A DNA stretch of 64,000 nucleotides. Origin: a bacterium. GTDB lineage: Bacteria > Patescibacteriota > Microgenomatia > JAMCZE01. The stretch covers positions 132,135-196,134 of the forward strand of contig JAKBJL010000003.1 in NCBI GenBank assembly GCA_021836035.1. The letters run 5' to 3'. The translations under genes were made by a program, and so were the position numbers. Positions 49,784-60,363 of this stretch are shown here, one piece after another; the first letter of the stretch is position 1, and each line of letters opens with the position of its first letter. The notes under the pieces are model-generated. The model was given only the letters and a program-made list of their open reading frames with translations, searched no databases and was not told the DNA's origin.

Positions 49784-50159
49784 AGTATATTCACCTCCTT
49801 AACGACCCTTGTCATTAAAAAACCTGATTCCCCTGCTTCTTTGCTGCAGCGTTTCTAAGGCCGGTTGACGGGTTAGGACGGCGGAGGAGACAGAAGTGCT
49901 GCGCACGGATAACCGAATTTTCCGCGACCCCGTACAGTTGGCTGGACCGGTTGATTTTATAATGAATTTCGTTTAAGTTCATTGGCCTAATAACCTTTAA
50001 AAATAAAAATACCGCAACTCACCCACTCGGATAGACTGGGGAATTGCGGGACAGTCTGTAATTCCTTGCCCTTTCCTTTTATTTATATGATTTTAGAAGC
50101 TGAGTTTAGAGCTTGTCAAGGGTGAAAATGGGCTAGGGATCTGTTAAAATTAAAATATT

Positions 50160-50244
50160 GCCGCAGTGGTGAAATGGTATACACGAAGGTCTCAAAAACC
50201 TTTGGGTGTAAAAACCCGTGTCGGTTCGACTCCGACCTGCGGCA
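50160..50244 (+). tRNA. tRNA-Leu (CAA)
   Basis: GCCGCAG...AAGGT-CTCAAAA-ACCTT, long variable arm, GTCGG-TTCGACT-CCGAC-CTGCGGC-A. Confidence 0.95.
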
Positions 50245-50303
50245 CAAATTATTTTTTGCTTTTTGTTTTTATATTGATTTAAGTACTTTCATTTTAATTG
50301 TTC

Positions 50304-51272
50304 ATGCTTACACTACGACAAATTTACGAACTGGCGATTAAAAAGGGGATAGAAGCAGATCCGCGGGGGAAGGCTGGGGTGGCAAAATATCTCGCGCGCC
50401 AACTGCGGGAATATCAAGAACTCCCGGAAAAACAGCAAAAGGATTTTGATAAGGAATCGTTAAAAAATCCCTATGCCGATTCCCGGATATTGTTAGGCAA
50501 ACCGGATTTAAAAGTGGATAAGATTATGGCCGGGATTGATATTACATCCGCGGAAGTGACCCTGGCATACCTTTTAAACGAAAAGTCCCCGCGGAAAACT
50601 ATTGATCTTCTGCTTTCTCACCATCCTGTCGGCGGCGGTTATGCCGGGCTCCATGAAGTAATGGACCTACAGGTAGATATGCTGGCAAATTACGGTGTCC
50701 CGATAAATGTCGCGGAACAAATTCTCCATGAACGGGTTGAGGAAGTCCAGCGGAGTATTTCGCCGCGCAACCATAACCAGACGGTCGACGCCGCCCGGCT
50801 TTTAAATTTTGCCCTGATGTGTACCCATACGATTACCGACAATTTAGTTTATAAGTTCCTGGTTAAACTTTTCACCCAACATGAAGTGGATACGGTCCGG
50901 GAAGTAATGGATTTACTTTTAACAGTTCCGGAATACCGGGAGGCCAAGTTAGGTAAAGCCGGACCATTGATCTTTGCAGGCAGTGAGAAGAACAGGGCGG
51001 GAAAAGTTGCTCCTCTGGAAATCACCGGCGGGACGGAAGGTTCCCCGCAAATTTACGAAAAAATGGCAGCCGCCGGAATCGGGACGATTGTCGGGATGCA
51101 TGCTTCGGAAGAACACCGCAAAGAATGCGCCAAATACCATATGAATATGGTCGTTGCCGGGCATATGTCCTCTGATAGTTTAGGGATGAATTTATTGCTA
51201 GATGAATTGGAGAAAAAGGGGATAGAGATTGTAGTTTGTTCCGGGTTAATCCGGATTTCGCGAAATAAATAG
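50304..51272 (+). CDS. NIF3 (NGG1p-interacting factor 3)-like protein
   Basis: NPYADSRIL, MAGIDI, SHHP, HTITDN, TGGTEG, AGHMSSDSLGMN. Confidence 0.8.
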   Translation: MLTLRQIYELAIKKGIEADPRGKAGVAKYLARQLREYQELPEKQQKDFDKESLKNPYADSRILLGKPDLKVDKIMAGIDITSAEVTLAYLLNEKSPRKTIDLLLSHHPVGGGYAGLHEVMDLQVDMLANYGVPINVAEQILHERVEEVQRSISPRNHNQTVDAARLLNFALMCTHTITDNLVYKFLVKLFTQHEVDTVREVMDLLLTVPEYREAKLGKAGPLIFAGSEKNRAGKVAPLEITGGTEGSPQIYEKMAAAGIGTIVGMHASEEHRKECAKYHMNMVVAGHMSSDSLGMNLLLDELEKKGIEIVVCSGLIRISRNK

Positions 51273-51284
51273 ATTATTTTAACT

Positions 51285-51433
51285 TAAGGGTCCTAGCAAC
51301 CAGCAGCCCCATTCAAGCTATTTTGTTCATACGAACAGCTTGGTCACTTTCTTTTTAGATGAAGGCCTTCTCTTCTTGCGAAAGAAGGGGGGTTCATCCG
51401 CTTAACGGGGCTCCCCGCCTGTTGCCACCCTTT
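51285..51433 (+). repeat. Structured intergenic element, copy E
   Basis: taagggtcctagcaaccagcagcccc...gcgaaagaaggggggttcatccg...ggggctccccgcctgttgccaccctt; near match to copy B. Confidence 0.75.
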
Positions 51434-51465
51434 CTAAAACCAAAGTAATCAGATAAAATCGGATT

Positions 51466-52026
51466 ATGGTTGAAGTAACACAACTGCGAGCTGGGACGGT
51501 TTTTGAATTTGAGGGTGCCCCCTATGCGGTCCTGAGGTACGAACATGTCAAAATGGGCCGGGGAACGGCGACGATTAAGGTAAAAATCAGAAACCTTAAA
51601 AGCGGAGCAACGATTGAGAAAGCTTTTATTAACGGCGCCCGGGTTCAGGACATATTTTTAGAAAAGCGCAAAGCAACGTACCTATACAAACAGGGCGACA
51701 GACAGATATTCATGGATACAGATACCTATGAACAATTTGAGGTTCCGCAGGATTTAATCGGAGAACAGGCGAAATTCCTCAAGGAGGGAATGGAAGTTAC
51801 CGTTCAGCTTTATGAAAACCACGCCCTATCGGTACTTTTGCCGCTGAAAGTAATCTTTCGGATAGAGGAAACGGAACCGGGCTTCCGCGGGAATTCAGTC
51901 GCTAATATTTATAAAGAGGCAACTATTGAAACCGGTGCAAGAATCAAGGTTCCCATGTTCATAAATATTGGAGAGCGGGTGTTAGTTAACACTGACACCG
52001 GTGAATATGTGGAAAGAGCAAAGTAG
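51466..52026 (+). CDS. efp: Elongation factor P
   Basis: HVKMGRG, YLY, FMD.DTYEQ, TEPG.RGNS, ETG..I.VP.FI, GEYVERA. Confidence 0.96.
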   Translation: MVEVTQLRAGTVFEFEGAPYAVLRYEHVKMGRGTATIKVKIRNLKSGATIEKAFINGARVQDIFLEKRKATYLYKQGDRQIFMDTDTYEQFEVPQDLIGEQAKFLKEGMEVTVQLYENHALSVLLPLKVIFRIEETEPGFRGNSVANIYKEATIETGARIKVPMFINIGERVLVNTDTGEYVERAK

Positions 52027-52077
52027 ATTATTAGAATTTAGGTTACCTGCGGTTGACACCCTCGTAAAACTAAGGAA

Positions 52078-52536
52078 TTATTTCAATAACCAAAAGAGAA
52101 AAATGGCCAGAACTATCAGCTGGGTTATTACACCCCAGGGGGCTTGCGCCCGGGAATCATAGAAAAGATCATGCGCCCAATGTTGACTTCGGTATACCCA
52201 GGTGAAGGGAGGGAAATGCCACTTAAAGAACATATGCGGGATTTCCAGCCAATCTGGAGATTGAGCTACCAGCGAACCTAGCATAACGTTCAGCGGACTT
52301 TGTTTACCCCAATAGACAAAGAAAAAATAAGCGATAAATAAGCCCAGGAGTGCGTCTATGCCTGCCTCCGTCATGAGACGGAACCGGGACTTGTTTTTAT
52401 AGTTGACCATGGGATCCCAATGGGGAAGTTTATCGCCCAGATAATGGCTAAGCAAAGCTAAGGGTAAGGCGATCCGGAGGTCGGGAATTTTAGTAGCAAT
52501 TACTGCTCCTACGATTGAGTGTGCGGTTGCTGTCAC
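52078..52536 (-). CDS. Hypothetical membrane protein (His-rich, possible metal-dependent hydrolase)
   Basis: TAHSIVG, SHYLGDKLPHWD, PDW. Confidence 0.65.
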   Translation of the reverse strand: MTATAHSIVGAVIATKIPDLRIALPLALLSHYLGDKLPHWDPMVNYKNKSRFRLMTEAGIDALLGLFIAYFFFVYWGKQSPLNVMLGSLVAQSPDWLEIPHMFFKWHFPPFTWVYRSQHWAHDLFYDSRAQAPWGVITQLIVLAIFLFWLLK

Positions 52537-52634
52537 AAAGTCTATGCTATACTAAATTTCAGTCGCTAATTTTTAAGTATAAACCCGGAAAGCAAGGGGG
52601 TCAACCCACTGGGCTTGCCGGGGGTTTCTGCGGC

Positions 52635-53894
52635 ATGGAGATAATTAGACGTGTAGCTATTATTGACGTTCTGAGAAATGCCCGTTTCCGTTTTCTCTGG
52701 TTTGCTCAGGCCAGTTCCCAAATCGGTATCAATATTTTGACCTTTGCCCTGGCTCTTCGGATTTACGAACTAACCCACAAAAATACTGCCGTTTCGATAT
52801 TGGCTTTAACCGTTGCCATTCCGGCTTTACTTTTCGGAGCTGTCGCGGGAACTTTAGTGGATCGCTATGACAAAAAAATGGTTCTGTTTTTCTGCAACCT
52901 TTCCCGGGCAGTGGCGGTTTTGGGTTTTCTTTTAACCCGCGAATCTATATTTTTTATTTATCTTTTGTTAATCGCCATTTCTGTTATCACTCAGTTTTTT
53001 GTCCCGGCGGAAGCGCCGACAATCCCGCTTTTGGTGGAGAAAGAAGATTTGCTTTCCGCTAACGGTACCTTTACTTTAACAATTTTTGCGACCATGCTTG
53101 CCGGGGGATTGCTGGCCGGTCCGCTACTTGATCTTATCGGTATCGACCGAACCTTTCTTTTTATCGCGCTACTTTTTGGGTTAGCATCTTATTTCATTTC
53201 CCGGTTACCGGGACAAACCGCCCTTTCTTTTTTGCAAAGAAGGAGCCGCAATTTTCATCCGGAGGACATTTTTGTAGCTTTAGAAAACGGCTGGATGTCC
53301 CGGTTGAAACAGGAATTTTATGAGGGTATCGATTTCTTACGTTCGCACAGGAAAGTGCGTACGGCGTTACTCATCCTCGTCGGGTCGCAAACGGTAGTCG
53401 CTTCTATTTCCAGCTTATTACCGGGTTTCGCCGACCAGGTGGTTAAAATTCCCATTAATGACGCCTCAGTATTTTTATTGGGTCCGGCAATTTTAGGCAT
53501 TATTTCCGGAGCTCTTTTTGTTTCCCAATTCGGCCATTTCCTTTCCCGCGATAAAATAATCAATAGCGGTATTTTTTGTGTCGGCTTGTTTCTCCTGCTT
53601 TTAGGGTGGGGTAGGACAGTCGGCTTGGCTCAATTTTTTCTTTTTGCTCTCGGTTTTTCCAATGCCTTAATTGATGTTACTTCCAACACCGCCCTTCAGG
53701 AAGGAACGACAGAGGCGGTCCGGAGCCGGGTTTACGGCGTTTTAACTTCGCTGGGCGGTGCTTTTTTTATTCTGCCGATTATATTTTCCGGTATTCTCTC
53801 AGATATTTTAGGTGTCGGGGAGGTATTGATGATCTTCGGAGGGTTGATAATCGTTGTTTGGCTGGTTAAAATCGGGAAAGTCCGGCTTTTATGA
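52635..53894 (+). CDS. MFS transporter
   Basis: FRFLWFAQ, AGTLVDRYDKK, FFVPAEAPTIP, RSRVYG. Confidence 0.9.
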   Translation: MEIIRRVAIIDVLRNARFRFLWFAQASSQIGINILTFALALRIYELTHKNTAVSILALTVAIPALLFGAVAGTLVDRYDKKMVLFFCNLSRAVAVLGFLLTRESIFFIYLLLIAISVITQFFVPAEAPTIPLLVEKEDLLSANGTFTLTIFATMLAGGLLAGPLLDLIGIDRTFLFIALLFGLASYFISRLPGQTALSFLQRRSRNFHPEDIFVALENGWMSRLKQEFYEGIDFLRSHRKVRTALLILVGSQTVVASISSLLPGFADQVVKIPINDASVFLLGPAILGIISGALFVSQFGHFLSRDKIINSGIFCVGLFLLLLGWGRTVGLAQFFLFALGFSNALIDVTSNTALQEGTTEAVRSRVYGVLTSLGGAFFILPIIFSGILSDILGVGEVLMIFGGLIIVVWLVKIGKVRLL

Positions 53895-54952
53895 AACCAC
53901 TAATTGCTTTCGGTGGAACGGTTTTACCCACATTCGGTATAGCTTTAGCCCTGGCATTTGTCGCCGGTTTTTTCCTGCTCTGGAAAACAGCGCGGAAAGA
54001 GGGGTTTAACGAGGAAAAGATTATCGATATGTTGCTTCTGGCCGTTTTTACGGCTCTCGTTGCCGGGAGAGCTTTTTATATTCTCTTTAACCCTTTTGTT
54101 TTTACCGGTGACCCCGGTCGCTGGTTTTTACTGATTAAGTATCCGGGAATTTCCTTTTTCGGCAGCCTGATCACGGGTATTTCCGTTCTCTTTCTTGCGG
54201 CTAAAGCGGAGAAATTAGAAACCGGTAAAATTTTAGATTTATTCGCTCTTCCCATGACTTTCGCGACGGCGATCGGTTTTGTGGGCTGTTTCTTGAATGG
54301 TTGTTTTCTGGAAAACAAGTTAGCAACGCTACCGTTATATCTGGCGTTTCTGTTTCTCTTTCTTTTCACCGTCCAGTATTTTCTATGGAAAAGAGTAACC
54401 TTGACTCCGGATATCCGGGAAATTATAGACAAGCCCGGAGCCCTTGCCATGTTTTATTTAATCTTGATCAGTATAATTAACGTCCTACTTGAAAAAAATA
54501 CAGGAAGCAGGCTATACTTGCTTTGGCTGATATTTCTTAGCGTTTCTTTTTTAGTATTCCTAATCAGCTTTCATAAATTAGTCAGAACTATGGTCAAGTT
54601 CCCGCAAACCGTGTTAGTCCAGATTAAGCAGTATCTTGAAGACCGCCGGGCGCAGACGGAACATCGTTTGGCGGATCTGAAAACGGAAGACCCGTTTGCT
54701 GATCAAAGCCGCCTGACAGATAATGCTGCCGACGATACGGAAGCGCATGAAAAAGCCGGGCATGAAAGAACCCAAGCTTTAATTGCCCAGTTAAATACGG
54801 TTCTTATTCAGACTCGCAAAGCTCTGACTAAAATTAAAATCGGTAAATACGGCACCTGCGAAAGATGCGGCAAAATGATTGATACCGACCGGCTGGCGGC
54901 CATACCGACGGCTACGCTCTGCTTAAGCTGCGAAAAAAAGAAAGAAAAGTAA
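53891..54952 (+). CDS. Lgt-like membrane domain fused to a TraR/DksA C4 zinc-finger domain
   Basis: TFG..LALAF, GRAFYI, PGISFFG, GFVGCFLNG; then from 54590 ALTKIKIGKYGTCERC...RL.AIP.ATLCLSC. Confidence 0.8.
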   Translation: MKPLIAFGGTVLPTFGIALALAFVAGFFLLWKTARKEGFNEEKIIDMLLLAVFTALVAGRAFYILFNPFVFTGDPGRWFLLIKYPGISFFGSLITGISVLFLAAKAEKLETGKILDLFALPMTFATAIGFVGCFLNGCFLENKLATLPLYLAFLFLFLFTVQYFLWKRVTLTPDIREIIDKPGALAMFYLILISIINVLLEKNTGSRLYLLWLIFLSVSFLVFLISFHKLVRTMVKFPQTVLVQIKQYLEDRRAQTEHRLADLKTEDPFADQSRLTDNAADDTEAHEKAGHERTQALIAQLNTVLIQTRKALTKIKIGKYGTCERCGKMIDTDRLAAIPTATLCLSCEKKKEK

Positions 54953-54960
54953 ATAAATCA

Positions 54961-55084
54961 ATAATTACAATCCCCAGCCCCTTTACTAATCACCAGTTCC
55001 CAATAGCCAATCTTTAATTTCCGGCTTTAGTTATTGGTTATTGGTAGTATTGGATATTGGTAATTGATAATATTGGTCATTGGG
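54961..55084. repeat. Degenerate short tandem repeats in inverted arrangement
   Basis: ccagttcccaatagccaat ... ttattgg ttattgg tagtattgg atattgg taattga taatattgg tcattgg. Confidence 0.6.
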
Positions 55085-55101
55085 TCCCGGATTTATTGTT
55101 T

Positions 55102-55872
55102 ATGGATATTCCGATTATTTACGAGGATGAAGTTATGCTGGTGATTGATAAACCAGCGGGGATGATAGTGAACAGAGCGGAAACAACAGCCGGAGCGGAG
55201 ACGGTACAGGATTGGGCGGAACGAAGACTGGGAATTAAAAAAGAGCTAAAGGTAGTGGGTAATGGGGCAAAAGACATGAAGAGAAAAAGGGGAGATTGGG
55301 ATACGAAAAAAGAATTTGAAGAGAGGACGGGGATAGTGCACCGGCTGGATAAAGATACCTCGGGATTGTTGGTTATTGCCAAAACCACAGAAGGGTTTGC
55401 TGGTTTAAAAGCGCAATTTAAAGAAAGAGCCGCGGTAAAAAAATATCTGGCCCTGGTACACGGGAAAGTGGAACCGGCGGAGGGAGAGATAAAAGCGCCA
55501 ATCGAAAGGAACCCGTTTAATAGAATGCACTTTGGGGTATTTCCCGGGGGAAGGGAAGCGGTAACAGGCTATCATGAAATTGCGAATTATCGAAATGCTA
55601 ATTGCCAATTATCATTGCTGGAGGTGCAACCGCATACCGGGAGGACGCATCAGATTAGAGTACATTTGAAATATATTAATCATCCGGTCGTTTCAGATCC
55701 GATTTATGGAGGCAGAAAAAATTTACAGGAGGACAGAAAATTTTGCCCGCGGCTTTTTTTACATGCGGCATTTCTCCGGATTAAAAATCCGGGAAGCGGA
55801 GAAATGCAGGAATTCCAGTCCGAGCTACCCTTCGAACTTGCTGACGCCTTAGGAAAACTGCAGAAGATTTGA
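55102..55872 (+). CDS. RluA/RluD-family pseudouridine synthase
   Basis: IDKPAG, IVHRLDKDTSG, TGRTHQIRVH, LFLHA. Confidence 0.93.
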   Translation: MDIPIIYEDEVMLVIDKPAGMIVNRAETTAGAETVQDWAERRLGIKKELKVVGNGAKDMKRKRGDWDTKKEFEERTGIVHRLDKDTSGLLVIAKTTEGFAGLKAQFKERAAVKKYLALVHGKVEPAEGEIKAPIERNPFNRMHFGVFPGGREAVTGYHEIANYRNANCQLSLLEVQPHTGRTHQIRVHLKYINHPVVSDPIYGGRKNLQEDRKFCPRLFLHAAFLRIKNPGSGEMQEFQSELPFELADALGKLQKI

Positions 55873-55889
55873 TACACTACTAGTAAAGC

Positions 55890-57608
55890 ATGGAGCTCGC
55901 TACGGAATTGATTATTGTTCTTCTTATTGCCCTGGGCGGAGGCATGGTTGCCAAGAAATTACGGCAACCGATTTTAACCGGCTACTTAATATCCGGAATA
56001 CTGGTAACCGGTTTGTTTGGACGGTTCCTTCATTTTACCAGTGCTCAGGCATTAGCAGACTTGGGCTTAGCATTTCTCATGTTCGTGGTCGGTTTGGATT
56101 TTTCTTTCCGCAGGCTTGCCAGGGTAAAACGCATCGCCGTAGGCGGAGCAATTCTCCAGATGCTTCTGACAGTAATAATTCTAGCGATACTTGGGCTTAC
56201 GGGATTATTCGGCAGCCTTTCTCCGGCGGAAGTTATTGTTGCGGCAGTTGCTTTTTCCCTTTCTTCCACCGCCATCGTGATCAAGCTGCTGTCGGAAAAG
56301 GGAGAGCTGGATACCCTGCCGGCGGAAATATTAGTCGGCTGGCTACTGGTCCAGGACCTAGCGGTAGTACCGATTTTAACGGTGCTACCGGTTTTATCTG
56401 CCGGCGGCCCGATAATATCGGTTTTAGCAGGAATCTTTCTTTCGCTTCTCAAAGCGGCGGTCTTACTTTATTTGGTTCTGTTTCTGGGGAAAAAAGTTGT
56501 CCCCATTTTTTTTACCAAAGTGGCGGAAATTAACAGCCGGGAGATTTTACTTTTAGCGACTGTCAGTTTGGTTCTTATTTCAGCTGCCGTTACCTATGCT
56601 TTAGGGCTTTCTTTTGCCCTGGGTGCATTCCTCGCCGGGCTTTTAGTTGCGGATAATATTGCTCAACACGCCGTTTTTTCCGAGATCCGGCCCCTGAGAG
56701 ACATTTTTGCCGTAATCTTTTTTGTAACTTTAGGTGTCCTCTTGTCGCCGGTTTTTATTTGGCAAAATTGGCTGACAATCCTCATAGTTTCGTTGGCGGT
56801 GATTATGATAAAATTTTTCCTGGTTTTACTTATTACCGTTAACTTTAAGTATCACCTTAAAACTGCCTTGCAGGTCGGGTTATCATTAACCTTAGTTTCA
56901 GAATTTGCTTTTGTTATCGCCCGCCTCGCTTTAAATAACGGAGCTATCGGTCAGAATGCCTATTCCTTAATTTTGGCAGTGACAATGGTTACCATGATGG
57001 TTTCGCCGTGGGAGTTTGGTCTTTCGGTCGGCATTTATGAGAAATTGCGTAATAGTGCGGCCAAGTGGTCGCCGCGTATTTATAAAATGTTTTTCAACAG
57101 TTTTGATCATTACCGCAAGGAACATAAGGAAATTGAGATCGCAAACCATGTGGTGATTTGCGGTCACGGGCGGGTAGGGCGCCATATTGCGAGAATTATG
57201 GCCATGGCTGGCGTTCCTTATGTCGTGGTTGACTATAACCATAATGTAATAAGCGATCTGGAGATGCAGGGAGTAGAAACGGTGTTAGGAGATCCGACAG
57301 ATAAGGAGGTCTTGCAATTCGCCGGTGTCAGTCGTGCCGGGGCAGTAGTAGCGGCCGTTCCGGATCGTTATTCGCAGGAATTGATTATCGAAAACGCGTT
57401 GAGTTTAAAACCGGGAATAACTATTATTTGCCGTTCCCATTTTGAGGAAGACCAGCGGCGGCTTTATGCTTTAGGGGTTTCGGCAGTCGTTTCGCCGGAA
57501 TTTGAAGCAGGCTTATCTATGGGGCACCGCATCTTGGATAGTATGGGCTTCGAACGGAACAAGACGGCGGCCTACCTGAAGATGGCCCGAAGAGAACAAG
57601 GAATATAA
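55890..57608 (+). CDS. CPA2 cation:proton antiporter with TrkA-N domain (Kef/YbaL-like)
   Basis: LSSTAIVIKLL, QDLAVV, GAFLAG, SEFAFV, ICGHGRVG, GDPT. Confidence 0.9.
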   Translation: MELATELIIVLLIALGGGMVAKKLRQPILTGYLISGILVTGLFGRFLHFTSAQALADLGLAFLMFVVGLDFSFRRLARVKRIAVGGAILQMLLTVIILAILGLTGLFGSLSPAEVIVAAVAFSLSSTAIVIKLLSEKGELDTLPAEILVGWLLVQDLAVVPILTVLPVLSAGGPIISVLAGIFLSLLKAAVLLYLVLFLGKKVVPIFFTKVAEINSREILLLATVSLVLISAAVTYALGLSFALGAFLAGLLVADNIAQHAVFSEIRPLRDIFAVIFFVTLGVLLSPVFIWQNWLTILIVSLAVIMIKFFLVLLITVNFKYHLKTALQVGLSLTLVSEFAFVIARLALNNGAIGQNAYSLILAVTMVTMMVSPWEFGLSVGIYEKLRNSAAKWSPRIYKMFFNSFDHYRKEHKEIEIANHVVICGHGRVGRHIARIMAMAGVPYVVVDYNHNVISDLEMQGVETVLGDPTDKEVLQFAGVSRAGAVVAAVPDRYSQELIIENALSLKPGITIICRSHFEEDQRRLYALGVSAVVSPEFEAGLSMGHRILDSMGFERNKTAAYLKMARREQGI

Positions 57609-57621
57609 TTTCTAATTCCCA

Positions 57622-57936
57622 ATGACCAAGTTCATTGCCAGAAATGAAGGCTTTATCTGCGAACATTGTGGGAAAACGGTGGAAGCTATTAAATACGGCG
57701 GTTCCTACCGTAACCACTGCCCCTTTTGCCTCTGGAGCAAACATGTGGATACGGATATCCCGGGGGATCGGGCGAATAAGTGCTTGGGGCTTATGAGGCC
57801 CATAAGTGCTATCACGCGTAGAACGGGGGAATATGTGTTGACGCATAAATGCGAGAAGTGCGGTTTTGAAAGGTACAACCGGATTGCCGGCGACGACGAT
57901 TTTGAGATGGTCGTCGGCTTGTCCGGAGGCGCTTAG
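57622..57936 (+). CDS. RNHCP domain protein
   Basis: FICEHCG...YRNHCPFCLWSKHVD..PGDR. Confidence 0.92.
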   Translation: MTKFIARNEGFICEHCGKTVEAIKYGGSYRNHCPFCLWSKHVDTDIPGDRANKCLGLMRPISAITRRTGEYVLTHKCEKCGFERYNRIAGDDDFEMVVGLSGGA

Positions 57937-59238
<1,302 letters not shown>

Positions 59239-59291
59239 CGTATAGAAAAGATAAAATAACGGAATTTTCTTAACGTTTTTAGCTAAAATAT

Positions 59292-59435
59292 ATGGGTTCG
59301 TTTGGGGATTTTTATAATAAGAATAAAAAGAAACTTTCCAAAGAAGAACAGGCACGAAAAGCTTCCAAGGTGTCTGTTTCTTCATATGTCCCGCCGCAGC
59401 CTGTGGTAATCTCCCGTGGGAAGAAGGAAAAGTAG
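59292..59435 (+). CDS. Small basic protein (47 aa; below the ORF-track cutoff)
   Basis: MGSFGDFYNKNKKKLSKEEQARKASKVSVSSYVPPQPVVISRGKKEK*; overlaps the next GTG start. Confidence 0.55.
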   Translation: MGSFGDFYNKNKKKLSKEEQARKASKVSVSSYVPPQPVVISRGKKEK

Positions 59436-60363
59436 ATCAAAACCATCTTTTTTTAGGGGCCTGACCTTAATTTTTATTCTGCCCGTTCTGGTTTTGGCGG
59501 GTGTTTTAGGTTGGAAGCTTTACGGGGAATACCGGATCTCCCGGTTAACCAATCGCGAACGTTTTAACATCGTCATCGTCGCCGATTCTCCCACGGTCAT
59601 TTCTATTAATCCCCAGGATAAAACCGCGGTGGTAGTGCCGTTACCGGGGGATATTTATTTTCCGGCGGCGGAAGGATACGGTGATTATCGGCTGAAAGCG
59701 GTGTATAAACTGGGAGAACTGGATAGGAAAGGCGGCCGGGTTTTAGCGGAAACAGTGGGTGATATTTTAGGTATCCCCATTGACGGATTTATCCTCATCC
59801 CGGATTTTCCTACCGGGAAAATGCCGCAACTGGATCAATTATTTACCTTCGGATTATTAACCCAATATCTGCAAAACAGGATTAAAACCAACTTGTCCCT
59901 GTTGGATATCGGGCAAATTATTGCTGCCTCGCTCCAGTTGCGCTTTGATAAAATAAAAGTTTTAAATCTTAGGGGGATGGGTATTTTGGATGAGCTGGTT
60001 TTAGCTGACGGCAGCAAGGCTTTATCCGCTGATTTAGGCCGCCTGGATTATCTGGCGGATGATAACTTTGTCGAACCGGGTTTGCGCCGGGAAAATTTAA
60101 AAATAGAAGTACTAAACGCCGGGACTACGGCAGGTTTGGGGTCGGAAGTTAGCCGGGTTCTTTCCCGGATCGGATTGGATATCATTAATGTCGGTAATCA
60201 GGATATTCCGGTTGGGGATTGTGAGGTAAGATCCGAAAATAAATGGCAAAATACTCTGACCGTGCGAAGGATAGCCGGGATATTTTCCTGTCGGATTTTA
60301 CCCAAACAGTCCGGAAGGGCGGATGTTACTGTGATTCTTCGCTCTCTTCGTCCTGGTGAATAG
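59416..60363 (+). CDS. LCP/LytR-like protein with LytR C-terminal domain
   Basis: TM, GYGDYRL.AVY.LG, LGIPIDG, IEVLNAG...GLG, V.N, DVTVIL. Confidence 0.75.
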   Translation: MGRRKSRSKPSFFRGLTLIFILPVLVLAGVLGWKLYGEYRISRLTNRERFNIVIVADSPTVISINPQDKTAVVVPLPGDIYFPAAEGYGDYRLKAVYKLGELDRKGGRVLAETVGDILGIPIDGFILIPDFPTGKMPQLDQLFTFGLLTQYLQNRIKTNLSLLDIGQIIAASLQLRFDKIKVLNLRGMGILDELVLADGSKALSADLGRLDYLADDNFVEPGLRRENLKIEVLNAGTTAGLGSEVSRVLSRIGLDIINVGNQDIPVGDCEVRSENKWQNTLTVRRIAGIFSCRILPKQSGRADVTVILRSLRPGE

